Virus record (IMG/VR): IMGVR_UViG_3300043414_000665
Coordinates: 1-31,446 of that record
Reading direction: 5' to 3' (one strand)
DNA: 31,446 bases
From: a virus
Lineage: Duplodnaviria > Caudoviricetes
Shown: one piece after another, positions 1-8,784 of the stretch
Numbering within the stretch: the first letter of the stretch is position 1
Layout of the letters: each line of letters opens with the position of its first letter
The notes under the pieces: model-generated
Seen by the model: the letters and a program-made list of their open reading frames with translations, nothing else
What the model was told of the DNA's origin: nothing
Databases searched by the model: none
Position numbers and translations under genes: made by a program

Positions 1-1330
1 GAGCAGTACCCTCAGCGAATGGGTTAGCAACCATACCGTAACGAGTCTTGAACCCGATTTTTGGTTGGAAGGTGTTCTCACCAACGGCACGAACCATTTG
101 GAGAGGAACATAAGGACAATAGAAGAGACCAGCATCATAAGGTGAAGAACCCTTATAACCTACAACGTAATACTGGTTAGCAGATACGTTAGCAGCATAT
201 GGGTCAATGTATACACGATACTTGCCTTGAAGAACACCAGCGAAGGTATTACCGGTGTCATCAACGTTAAGATTAGCGTTTAGTGCTGGGGTGTAATCAA
301 GAACGCCTGCCATTGTGAGTGCCGAAGCAACATCAGCGGAGCAGAGAATCATATTACCCTTTCCTCTACGAGTTCTTTGTGCGATTGCGTTAGCATCACG
401 CTCGATTTGGAAAAGAAGACCCTTGAACTTTTCAACGGACCAACGACCATTAGAATCAACATCAAGGTCAAAGATACCTGCGGTAGCAGTGTTGACAGCA
501 GCACCTTGCTCAGCAATCTTGTAGATTGTACGAATAACTTCTCTGTTGATTTCCGCAAGGATTTCGGTTGAGAGAATGTTAGCAAGTTCTGCTTCTGCGT
601 TTAGACCGTGGATTGCCTTGAGGTCTTGTGCGAGTTCTAATGAATACTCAGCTTTGAGTGCTCTAGATTTTGCAGTCACGGTTACTTTCTCGATTGAGAA
701 AGCCATTTCATTAAAATGGTTACCAGATGTTCCATTTCCAAGGTTTTCTGCATCACCAGTATTCATTGCTTGACCAGTAGCATAACTAGCAGTCGATGCG
801 GTTCCAACTGGATTAAGAAGACCTGGATTGCTTCCTGCTGGATTTGAAGTAGTACCGAAACCAGCAACACCATCGGTGAAACCACCAGTAACATCGAAAC
901 CAGAATCTTGACCAGAGAATGAAGTATCTGCTTCGTTGAAGAGTGCTTCAGTTCCAGTCTGAGAAGCGTAGCGTGAACGCATTGCGAAAATGAGTCCAGT
1001 AGGACCATTCATTGGTTGTACGCCAGCGAGGTCATAAGCGACCAAGTTAGGCATAGAACGACGAATTAAGCTGATTAGAACTGGATCGAAACCTGCTACA
1101 GGTCCTGTTGCGACAGAACCAGTTCCTGTGTTTGAGAATCCACCAGTGCCTGCTGACATTGTTGGTGATTCATAGAGGAATTGATTTTCCTCTCTTAAGA
1201 ATTTTTCTTGGTTTTCTAACAGGACAGCGGTTACCATTTTGCGATGTGAGTCCTTGATTGAATCAAGACCCTCATAGTTAAGGAGTGGTGCCCACTTATC
1301 CTGCAGACGTTCCCCATCGAACATTTGCAT
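1..1330 (-). CDS. g23: Major capsid protein gp23 (T4-like), 3' end truncated by window edge
   Basis: Translated by hand (not in the ORF track). ATG at 1330 with AGAGG SD upstream. Reads MQMFDGERLQDKWAPLL...GFDPVLISLIRRSMPNLVAYDLAGVQPMNGPTGLIFAMRSRY...KSRALKAEYSLELAQDLKAIHGLNAEAELANILSTEILAEINREV...YCPYVPLQMVRAVGENTFQPKIGFKTRYGMVANPF, which are hallmark gp23 motifs. Open to position 1. Confidence 0.98.
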   Translation of the reverse strand, partial: MQMFDGERLQDKWAPLLNYEGLDSIKDSHRKMVTAVLLENQEKFLREENQFLYESPTMSAGTGGFSNTGTGSVATGPVAGFDPVLISLIRRSMPNLVAYDLAGVQPMNGPTGLIFAMRSRYASQTGTEALFNEADTSFSGQDSGFDVTGGFTDGVAGFGTTSNPAGSNPGLLNPVGTASTASYATGQAMNTGDAENLGNGTSGNHFNEMAFSIEKVTVTAKSRALKAEYSLELAQDLKAIHGLNAEAELANILSTEILAEINREVIRTIYKIAEQGAAVNTATAGIFDLDVDSNGRWSVEKFKGLLFQIERDANAIAQRTRRGKGNMILCSADVASALTMAGVLDYTPALNANLNVDDTGNTFAGVLQGKYRVYIDPYAANVSANQYYVVGYKGSSPYDAGLFYCPYVPLQMVRAVGENTFQPKIGFKTRYGMVANPFAEGTA

Positions 1331-1363
1331 TTGTTTTACCTCTTTTTAAGAAATTGTTAGTTT

Positions 1364-1371
1364 GATTTATA
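1364..1371 (-). promoter_or_regulatory. Probable T4-type late promoter (TATAAATC, 1 mismatch) upstream of g23
   Basis: Intergenic gap between g22 and g23, about 34 nt upstream of the ATG. Matches the gp55 consensus TATAAATA at 7 of 8 positions. Confidence 0.65.
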
Positions 1372-1380
1372 ATTTAAAAA

Positions 1381-2541
1381 TCACTTTTTAGAAACTCGGC
1401 TCAGGGTCTGAAGATAAGAACCCATTACACCAGAAACTGGTTCGTTGTAATTTGCTTCTTCAGATAACATTTCCGAATAATCTCTTTGAGTACCAGTATT
1501 TCTTGGGAAGTAAGACTCCCTTAGAGTTACTAGTTTCTCACGATAGTTTGCTTCACTTTCAAACTCAACACTTTCAGATAGGGAAGCGAGTTTATCTTTC
1601 TGAGAAGTCGCTAGACCTTCAGAAACATCACTTAAGATTACATCTGCAACCGACTCTGCTAGTCTTTGGTTTAGAGCAACATTTCTTTCGATTTGCTCGT
1701 TGAGTTTTGTCTCCATTTCATCAAGTTTATCTACCATACTCTCAAGTACATCATATCTATCTTCAGGGATTGTTACATAATGATCTTCAAAAAGACTCTT
1801 CATTCCAGTAAGGAATGATTCGGTCATTTCAGTCTTGAGTCCTTGCTCTACTACAAGAGCATTTTCTTGTAGCCATTCGTCAGACACGTACTCAAGATAA
1901 GAATCAACTCTTTCTACGAGTTGTTCTTTCATAGCATCAACTTCTTCGAGAAGTTGAGCTTCATAACGTGATTCTAATGATTCGTAGATTTCCGAAATCT
2001 TAGAATTGATTGCTGATTCAAAAATAAGTTTTGCCTTTTCTCTGAATTCTTCAGAAAGTTCTTCACCAGCAAGAAGAGCATCAACATCTTCTTCGATGTT
2101 GATTGATTCTTCCATTTTCTTTTTCTTTTTCTTGCTTTCCTTTTCGTCTTCGTCTTCTTCTTCGTTATCTTCTTCTTCTTCGTCTTCCTCGTCGTCTTCC
2201 TCGTCGTCTTCCTCTTTAGCGGCTTCTAAGAGTTCTTCGTCTTCGTCTTCGAGTTCTTCTTTCATCTTCTGCATTGCTTCTGCAGATTTGGCACCCTTAT
2301 TGACAACATCTCTAACTTGCTTGAGTGTTGATCCGGGAATATTAAGCTTTGAAGAATCATCATCTGGACGATAATTCTCTGGTGTTGGACCTCCAAGGTC
2401 TTCCCAATCACCAGTTTGACCAGGAGCAATACCTGTAGTCAACTTCTGCATTGGTTCGCTTGCTTTTGCGTTTGCATTTACAGCAGAACGAGATTGTTTG
2501 GTGCCTGTTTCCATTTCTTGTAAGTTCTTACCACGGGACAT
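1381..2541 (-). CDS. g22: Prohead core scaffolding protein gp22
   Basis: Motifs LSEEFREKAKLIFESA, VDSYLEYVSDEW, ESFLTGMKSLFEDHYV; acidic and coiled-coil; lies between g21 and g23; GGAG SD. Confidence 0.95.
   Translation of the reverse strand: MSRGKNLQEMETGTKQSRSAVNANAKASEPMQKLTTGIAPGQTGDWEDLGGPTPENYRPDDDSSKLNIPGSTLKQVRDVVNKGAKSAEAMQKMKEELEDEDEELLEAAKEEDDEEDDEEDEEEEDNEEEDEDEKESKKKKKKMEESINIEEDVDALLAGEELSEEFREKAKLIFESAINSKISEIYESLESRYEAQLLEEVDAMKEQLVERVDSYLEYVSDEWLQENALVVEQGLKTEMTESFLTGMKSLFEDHYVTIPEDRYDVLESMVDKLDEMETKLNEQIERNVALNQRLAESVADVILSDVSEGLATSQKDKLASLSESVEFESEANYREKLVTLRESYFPRNTGTQRDYSEMLSEEANYNEPVSGVMGSYLQTLSRVSKK
2181..2214. repeat. Perfect 12-bp tandem repeat (CGTCTTCCTCGT x about 2.8) within the acidic low-complexity tract of g22
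   Basis: cgtcttcctcgt cgtcttcctcgt cgtcttcctc read directly. Encodes EEDD EEDD EED and sits in a wider GAA/GAC-rich tract (about 2110-2262). Confidence 0.85.
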
Positions 2542-2577
2542 TTGATCTCTCCGATTTACCTATGTTAAATCTATATT

Positions 2578-2585
2578 TATTTATA
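2578..2585 (-). promoter_or_regulatory. T4-type late promoter TATAAATA upstream of g22
   Basis: Exact consensus in the g21-g22 intergenic gap. Confidence 0.85.
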
Positions 2586-2587
2586 AT

Positions 2588-3238
2588 TTAAAGATTTGAA
2601 AGAAATTCTTGAAACAAATTAACTTTATGTTCATCAAGAATTTTTTGATCTACAAGAGTATTAATTCTCTTATAAGTTTTTGTTGCTGCCTGTTCTCTTA
2701 AAATTCCACCATCCCATACCCATTCTTTTCCTTCCATAATACCCTGAACAAAGGCATCAGGAGCAGATGGGTCAGCAACAATGTCTGCAGCAGTAGCTAA
2801 CATAAAGTCTTCACCGACAACTTTATATCCTTCATTTGTTTGAATTAATGAACCAACACCACGAGAAGAAACCCCAAGTGTTACACCTTCACCAATTAAT
2901 GATTGTGCAATCTTGCCCATTGGTGTAGAAAGAAGTTGTGCTCTTCCTCTAAAATTATTTCCTTCACGGACAAGTGAAGTAATCATATGAGAAACACGAT
3001 CCAAATTGATAGATGGTCCATCTGGATGACCAAGTTCTCCAAGGGCACGGCCTTTTTGGATGAAACAATCATTATATCTTTTAACTTCACGTTCTAAAAT
3101 GTGAACTGGATAACGTCTTTTGTTACGATTTTCCGTATCACCTTGAAGGTAAATTCCTTCAATAAACATCTTTTTAGAAGCACCTCTTCCTTCGGTGATG
3201 AACTTGACTTTTTGTACTTCTTCTGTGATTAGTTTCAT
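2588..3238 (-). CDS. g21: Prohead protease gp21
   Basis: MKLITE N-terminus, NRNKRRYP, RALGELGHP (catalytic His), LGVSSRGVGS (catalytic Ser), DIVADPSAPDAFV. Confidence 0.97.
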   Translation of the reverse strand: MKLITEEVQKVKFITEGRGASKKMFIEGIYLQGDTENRNKRRYPVHILEREVKRYNDCFIQKGRALGELGHPDGPSINLDRVSHMITSLVREGNNFRGRAQLLSTPMGKIAQSLIGEGVTLGVSSRGVGSLIQTNEGYKVVGEDFMLATAADIVADPSAPDAFVQGIMEGKEWVWDGGILREQAATKTYKRINTLVDQKILDEHKVNLFQEFLSNL

Positions 3239-3239
3239 T

Positions 3240-3761
3240 TTAGGTTACTGATGCGGTTTGGACTTCTGCGATACTTACAGTTGTTGCTGCGGGAGCAAAA
3301 ACAGAAACTTTTACGCTTCTAGATATAGTTGCATTTGTGACTGCAATTCCAGTTACAGATGAACTATTCCAATTTAGTGTAATTGATGATGTGTTTGTTG
3401 CAGTCACTTGGGTATGGGATGTATTTACTCCAACAGGATAACCACCAAAGATTGTTACGTAATCACCAATTATAAATGGATTTCCATTATTTTCACCAAA
3501 TTCGACAACAGTTGTTGTTCCTGTAGTAATACCTAAGATTCTTTGTCTTGCAACTCTTTGCTTCAAAACATCAGAACTATTTGGTACAATCATAAAATCG
3601 TTTGCAGTTGCTACTGGATTTTCAGAAATCTGAATATAAGCAGCAGTTGATGCACAAGAAACACGAAGATATCCAGATTGAAGAGAAATTGCATTAGATG
3701 TTGTTGCGGTTCCGGCAGCAACACTAACAGCATTAACTGTTTGTACAATTCTAAATGCCAT
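3240..3761 (-). CDS. Hypothetical beta-rich protein (173 aa), probably virion-associated, at the T4 gp68 position
   Basis: ATG at 3761 overlaps the upstream TGA (TGATG), with GAGG upstream, so it is preferred over the TTG at 3764. Thr/Ser/Val-rich beta pattern; tightly packed in the head cluster. Confidence 0.8.
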   Translation of the reverse strand: MAFRIVQTVNAVSVAAGTATTSNAISLQSGYLRVSCASTAAYIQISENPVATANDFMIVPNSSDVLKQRVARQRILGITTGTTTVVEFGENNGNPFIIGDYVTIFGGYPVGVNTSHTQVTATNTSSITLNWNSSSVTGIAVTNATISRSVKVSVFAPAATTVSIAEVQTASVT

Positions 3762-3967
3762 CAATCTTCCTCATCTTCCTCGTATTCTTCGTCACTATCT
3801 TCATCTTCATAATTTTCTATTCCTTCTTCTCCAAAAAGACTAGAAGCAGCGTAGGGTTTTGCTGCATCTACTCTTTCTGCACTTTTTACAAAAAGAATAT
3901 CTTTAATTCTATCTGCAATTTGTGAAGGAGACCCATCAGAAACAATCATATCTACTAAATCGTCCAT
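3761..3967 (-). CDS. Small prohead core protein, gp67-like
   Basis: Directly downstream of the portal gene as in T4. Amphipathic helical N-terminus (MDDLVDMIVSD...) plus a very acidic tail (EDEDSDEEYEEDEED), the architecture of T4 gp67. Has its own late promoter motif. Confidence 0.7.
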   Translation of the reverse strand: MDDLVDMIVSDGSPSQIADRIKDILFVKSAERVDAAKPYAASSLFGEEGIENYEDEDSDEEYEEDEED

Positions 3968-3995
3968 ATTGTTATAATGTATAATAACTAAAAAC

Positions 3996-4003
3996 TATTT
4001 ATA
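3996..4003 (-). promoter_or_regulatory. T4-type late promoter TATAAATA overlapping the g20 stop codon
   Basis: Exact consensus; the TAA at 3999-4001 is the portal stop. Confidence 0.8.
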
Positions 4004-5681
4004 TCTCTCCGCCTTTCGGCATTTGTACTTGTGTTGCTTTTCCTTGTTTTTCTAAATCTGGTTCCATCATTGGTTGTCCTAAATTCATTCCACCAGAGGT
4101 ATCTTGCATAGGCATTCCGGTATTTGGATCAATTTGTTGACTTGGATCTGGAATAATACCTGCTTCAATTTCTTTTTTGATTTGTTTGTCTATTTCTATC
4201 ATTTCTGTGTCAGATTGTTTCAATACTTTATTTCTTACATATTCGGCAGAGAAATATCTACCAATATAAGGTTCCATTGCAGCAACAACACCAAGCTGGT
4301 CATTTAGAAGTTCGTTATTTTTTAAATCTGAAAAATGATTATCATAAATATAATCATACTGAATATGTTCTCTTAGAACTTCCCAATCTTCTGGAGTTAC
4401 AATATTTTTAAGAATAAGTTGAGTTTTTAGCATATCGTTAAAAACTTCAGAAAATCTTTTTCTAAGTCTTCCTACAAATTTAGTAAACTTAAGTTCGTCT
4501 CTTAATATCTCAGAAGAACGTCCAAGATTAAATCCACCACCACCAATATCAATTCGACTTGATGGTACATTTAGTGACTTGTAAAGTTTCTTTTGGAAGT
4601 ACTCAATATCAGCAAGTTCTCCAAGATTTTGACCACCAGGAAGAGTTGTGATTTCAGTTCCTCTACCACCTTCTCTTCTTGGTAACCAAAAATCCTCAAG
4701 CATCGCCATATACTTGCGATCATCTTTAATTTCTCCGGTATCAGCATTATAAACCAACTTATTGCGATAACGGTTCATAACGTCACGAAGATATTGTTCT
4801 GCTTTAATCTTTGGGAGATTGCCAACATCAATATAGAAAATTCTTCTTTCTGGTGCTCTTGATAGTCTATAAATCACAAGACTATCTTCAATCATTCTTA
4901 ATTGATTGAGTGCTTTGATTGATTTGTGAAGATAGGAAAGAATAGTTTGTTTATTTCTATCCACAAGACCTGACGTTATAAAAGTAATAGCATCTTTTGT
5001 TATTTTTACACTCTTTGAATCATTTCGGAAAGATATAGAACCACCTGTTCCCATTGAAGAATTTGGATCATAAAGATAATATTCTTCAATTTTTGGTGCT
5101 TGGTAAATATCAATTGGATTTTTACTTCCACCTAAAGGAGTTGGAAAATTAGCATTTGGTCCAGTTTGCTCTGCCTTACGAATAAAACGAATTTTGAGTG
5201 GATCGATATACCTTATTTCTTGAATACCAGCAGAAGGATTTTTTAGGTCAATTACCTTGTGATAAAAAATCCTTCCATCTACATACCAGTTTCTAAAAAT
5301 TTCGTGTGATTTTCTATCAAAGTCCATAATTTCTTTAATGGACTTAAATTCATCACGAATGATTTGTTTTAATTTATCTGATGCTGGAAGATTTGAAAGT
5401 TCAATTTCTACTGGAGAATCATTCAAATCTGATACGATAGCTTCATTTACCACATCTTCAATCGCACTATCACACTCTGGGTGTAGTGCCATTTCACGAT
5501 ATCTTCTTACAAGATCTTGTTCATTTTTATAGACACCTTCAATATCTACATATTGGCCATAAAAACCACTCTGAATATAAAAGTCTGATTTATCTTCCTC
5601 ATTTGAAGGTACTGGAGAGACAAGTTTCTTCGACTTATCTACTCCAGTATCCTGTATTTTAAATCCAAATAATTTAGCCAT
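3999..5681 (-). CDS. g20: Portal vertex protein gp20
   Basis: MAKLFGF start (ATG 5681); YRLSRAPERRIFYIDVGNLPKIKAEQYLRDVM; MLEDFWLPRREGGRGTEITTLPGGQNLG; RDELKFTKFVGRLRKRF. Confidence 0.98.
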   Translation of the reverse strand: MAKLFGFKIQDTGVDKSKKLVSPVPSNEEDKSDFYIQSGFYGQYVDIEGVYKNEQDLVRRYREMALHPECDSAIEDVVNEAIVSDLNDSPVEIELSNLPASDKLKQIIRDEFKSIKEIMDFDRKSHEIFRNWYVDGRIFYHKVIDLKNPSAGIQEIRYIDPLKIRFIRKAEQTGPNANFPTPLGGSKNPIDIYQAPKIEEYYLYDPNSSMGTGGSISFRNDSKSVKITKDAITFITSGLVDRNKQTILSYLHKSIKALNQLRMIEDSLVIYRLSRAPERRIFYIDVGNLPKIKAEQYLRDVMNRYRNKLVYNADTGEIKDDRKYMAMLEDFWLPRREGGRGTEITTLPGGQNLGELADIEYFQKKLYKSLNVPSSRIDIGGGGFNLGRSSEILRDELKFTKFVGRLRKRFSEVFNDMLKTQLILKNIVTPEDWEVLREHIQYDYIYDNHFSDLKNNELLNDQLGVVAAMEPYIGRYFSAEYVRNKVLKQSDTEMIEIDKQIKKEIEAGIIPDPSQQIDPNTGMPMQDTSGGMNLGQPMMEPDLEKQGKATQVQMPKGGEI

Positions 5682-5705
5682 CAATAATTAAAAATCAGTT
5701 TCTAT

Positions 5706-5712
5706 TATTTAG
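5706..5712 (-). promoter_or_regulatory. Probable late promoter variant CTAAATA upstream of g20, overlapping the g19 stop
   Basis: TAAATA core about 25 nt before the portal ATG; the same variant recurs at 11804 and 13303. Confidence 0.6.
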
Positions 5713-6332
5713 GGAGTAGTTCCGAGTTGAGTTTTTCCTGTATCATCAAGAGCATCCCACCATTGAACTTGAAGATCTACTGTAAACTCTTCGATTGTAT
5801 CTGCAGAATCATAAGAAAGGTCAATCGCACTTACAGAAGTTGGAAATACTCCGTAAAACTTATAAGCCTTGAGGACTGGTATTTGTTTACTAGAAGTAGT
5901 TTCGGTAGTACTGGAGAAAGAAGTTCTTCCTAGTTGTTTGACGAAAACATCTTCTTGGTATGTGGATGGTTCGAGTTTTCCGGCATTGTCTTCATGTTTG
6001 TTGATAAGGTTCATCCACTGCTCAAATGCAGTTCTGATTTTAAAGTCAGTATCATTAATGACTGTAATTGACCAAGGATCAAATGTACGATCTCCAGCAA
6101 TTTTTAAATTTCTTCCCCTAAAAGGAACATCAATAACTCCAAGATTGGATGCAGGAAGAGATGCTGCTTTTACTAACATTCTGAATGTGTCATCTGGATT
6201 ATAATCGACACCAGTAGGAAATGAAAGTTCACATTCAAATAAATTAGGTCTTGCTCCACCTCCAATAAGTTTACTTCTAAACTGAGTTAAAGTTCTATTA
6301 GTGGTTGTTTCTGTGTTTGGATAATTTGCCAT
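5709..6332 (-). CDS. g19: Tail tube protein gp19
   Basis: GGARPNLF, LPASNLGVIDVPFRGRNLKIAGDRTFDPWSITVIND, IEEFTVDLQVQWW; GAGG SD. Confidence 0.97.
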   Translation of the reverse strand: MANYPNTETTTNRTLTQFRSKLIGGGARPNLFECELSFPTGVDYNPDDTFRMLVKAASLPASNLGVIDVPFRGRNLKIAGDRTFDPWSITVINDTDFKIRTAFEQWMNLINKHEDNAGKLEPSTYQEDVFVKQLGRTSFSSTTETTSSKQIPVLKAYKFYGVFPTSVSAIDLSYDSADTIEEFTVDLQVQWWDALDDTGKTQLGTTP

Positions 6333-6352
6333 TTTAGAATTCCTCTATTGAA

Positions 6353-8728
6353 TTAAACATTTCCTACAACTTCTTCAAAACTTACGCCTGTGCGAGTAGC
6401 AACAAAAGTAAGTCCGATGAAGTTAATTGATCTTGCTGGTTTTACGAAAATATCAGCTCTAAATTGATTTGAATCAATTACAGCAGGAGTATTATTTGTT
6501 TCGTCACAAACAACTAAGAAATCAGTAATTCCTCTTTTTCCTTTTACATCACGAAGATATGGTTCAACGATATTTACAAAATTGGATCTTGTGATTGGAT
6601 CATTAAATTCGAAGAGTTGTGCTCTTGCTGCTCTTTCGATTGATGCTTCGATTGTAAGGAACAAACGACGAACATTAATTCTATCAAATGCAGAAGCATA
6701 AGATAGAGCAGTTTTGTCGCCAAAAAGAATAATTCCAGCACCAGGAGAGAAAATAATTGGGTTAATTCTTCTTGGATAAAGAAGATCTCTCTGTGCTTGT
6801 GATGGATTATAAGCAAGTTTTACTGCTCCATTGATTGCACCTCTAGATGAACCAGCAGGAGAGACCCAAGGATACTGATTAATGGATGTTTTTGCCATTA
6901 ATCCAGCAACATCAGCATTACAAGGAATATATCTGAAAGTATTATTGTAACTATCGACCACATACTTGTAACCAGAATCAAAAACTGCATAAGAAGATGA
7001 AGTTATTGGACTGAAGAAATCAATAATATTTTGTGTTTGTGTGTCAGAGTTAGTAACATTTACAACTCCATCTCTGTGTGGAGAAATGACTGCAATACAA
7101 TCTTTTCTTTGTTCTGCAATAGAAATTAATTCTTTTGCTTTTGCTTGTGAATCATAAATTGTTGTTCCTTCACCAGAAGGTCCAGAAATTAAGAAATTGA
7201 CTGAATATTCTGCTGGATTAGAAAGAATTCTGTAAGATGAGATTATATTTGCAGATGTTGCACCCATTCCGCCACTATTAGAATAATCAATACCACCAGT
7301 TAAATTGTAAGTTACATTTCCAGCAGCACTGAATGTAGTGCCTTGTGCATTTACTCCCCAATTTCCATTTCCAGTAGAGGTAAATCCGGTAGTTAATGCA
7401 AATCCAGTAGCAGTTCCAGTTGGTGCATTACCAGCAAAAACATATGAAGATTTTCCTGCAATATAATCTTTATAGTATACAGATTCAGATGGGGAAATTC
7501 TACCATCCAATGCTTTTGATAAGTAAGTATATTTTTCTAAAACATTTCCAGCAATACCAGTTACAGAACCAATATCATCAACAACTGCAAGGTGGAACTC
7601 GTCATTACGACTATTTCTTTCTGCACAATACTGTGAAGTTTTTGGTTTTTCTGCAATAGATTTCCAATAAATTGTAGTATTAGTAAGACCTAAAGTTTGT
7701 TGGTTATACCAATCTGACAATGTAGCAGAAGTAATTAAGCTAGTTGTTACACCTGCTGTGGTAATTACTCTAATTGAATTGGAAACAGTTGATGACGTAG
7801 AACCTCTAGTGAAAGTAAAAGTTGTAGTTCCAATACCAGCACTGATTGTTTTATCAACATAAATTGTGCTTGCTCCAATAGAAACAACCGTTGTTCCTGT
7901 TGATACACTTGCTCCAGAAACAATATCACCAAGTTGAATTCCAGTTGTTACAATTCCAGTAATTGAAACATCATATATCTCACTCAAATAACCAGAAGTT
8001 GTTGCAATTCCAACTGTTGTTGATATTGTAGATGTTGTTGGGGGTTGGAATGCGTATGTACCACCTTCGGTATAAGCAATTTGTGAAACTGTTGATCCTG
8101 ATGAAACTGTTTCGGAAACTTTTACATATATTTCACTTGCACCTAAACCAGTAATAATTCCTCTCAAGTAACCAGTAGCAGAGGAAGTCGATCCTGCACC
8201 AACAATCACTCTACCCTCAATTGATTGTGTGATTCCCATTCCAACAGCTACACCAGTAGTTGATATGCCCGAAATAGTTTGATCAGCAAAAGCATCTATC
8301 GTACAAACTTTTAGATTATTTGCCCAAGTTCCTGGATTTCTTGCTGCATAATACCAAGAAGAATCTGTAGTATGATTATTGTTATAATCTTCGTATGAAG
8401 AAATTTTAATCGTAGTTGACCCATTACCAACAGTAGCATTTGCATTGTTTAATGTAGTTCCATCAGTTCTAATGACTCTAAGAATACCACCATACGAAAG
8501 ATAAGAAGAAGCACTCATCCAATATTCATATTGAGAATCTGTAGATAATGGTTTTCCGAATGTTTTACGTAAATTATCTTCATTTTCAATTAAGATGGGA
8601 ACATTTACTGGACCCTTTTGGAATGGTCCTGCAATTGCTCCAACTTGATCATTAGTTGCAGCAATTCCTCCAATAGTTAAATCAACTTCTCTTACCTTAA
8701 CACCCGGAGATACTAAATTTAGCGACAT
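6353..8728 (-). CDS. g18: Contractile tail sheath protein gp18
   Basis: LVSPGVKVREVDLT, PWVSPAGSSRG, GDKTALSYASAFDRINVRRLF, VVCDETNNT, KPARSINFIGLTFVATRTG. Confidence 0.98.
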   Translation of the reverse strand: MSLNLVSPGVKVREVDLTIGGIAATNDQVGAIAGPFQKGPVNVPILIENEDNLRKTFGKPLSTDSQYEYWMSASSYLSYGGILRVIRTDGTTLNNANATVGNGSTTIKISSYEDYNNNHTTDSSWYYAARNPGTWANNLKVCTIDAFADQTISGISTTGVAVGMGITQSIEGRVIVGAGSTSSATGYLRGIITGLGASEIYVKVSETVSSGSTVSQIAYTEGGTYAFQPPTTSTISTTVGIATTSGYLSEIYDVSITGIVTTGIQLGDIVSGASVSTGTTVVSIGASTIYVDKTISAGIGTTTFTFTRGSTSSTVSNSIRVITTAGVTTSLITSATLSDWYNQQTLGLTNTTIYWKSIAEKPKTSQYCAERNSRNDEFHLAVVDDIGSVTGIAGNVLEKYTYLSKALDGRISPSESVYYKDYIAGKSSYVFAGNAPTGTATGFALTTGFTSTGNGNWGVNAQGTTFSAAGNVTYNLTGGIDYSNSGGMGATSANIISSYRILSNPAEYSVNFLISGPSGEGTTIYDSQAKAKELISIAEQRKDCIAVISPHRDGVVNVTNSDTQTQNIIDFFSPITSSSYAVFDSGYKYVVDSYNNTFRYIPCNADVAGLMAKTSINQYPWVSPAGSSRGAINGAVKLAYNPSQAQRDLLYPRRINPIIFSPGAGIILFGDKTALSYASAFDRINVRRLFLTIEASIERAARAQLFEFNDPITRSNFVNIVEPYLRDVKGKRGITDFLVVCDETNNTPAVIDSNQFRADIFVKPARSINFIGLTFVATRTGVSFEEVVGNV

Positions 8729-8765
8729 GTCTTTCCCTCTAAAGAAGTTTCATTTTATCTAGAAG

Positions 8766-8773
8766 TATTTATA
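8766..8773 (-). promoter_or_regulatory. T4-type late promoter TATAAATA upstream of g18
   Basis: Exact consensus in the g17-g18 gap; GAGGG SD downstream. Confidence 0.85.
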
Positions 8774-8784
8774 ATTTACTAACT

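Noticed and set aside
315-1008. Short ORFs in the track at 315-524, 349-585, 377-571, 546-773 and 763-1008
   Set aside because: All are antisense or off-frame shadows of the real g23 frame (1330 to the window start), which the track missed because its stop is outside the window.
2006-2374. Plus-strand poly-Ser ORF (122 aa)
   Set aside because: Simply the reverse complement of the Glu/Asp codon tract in g22.
4011-4020. GCC-GAAA-GGC tetraloop hairpin at the 3' end of g20
   Set aside because: Only a 3-4 bp stem, within coding sequence (PKG), with no U-tract; not supportable as a terminator.
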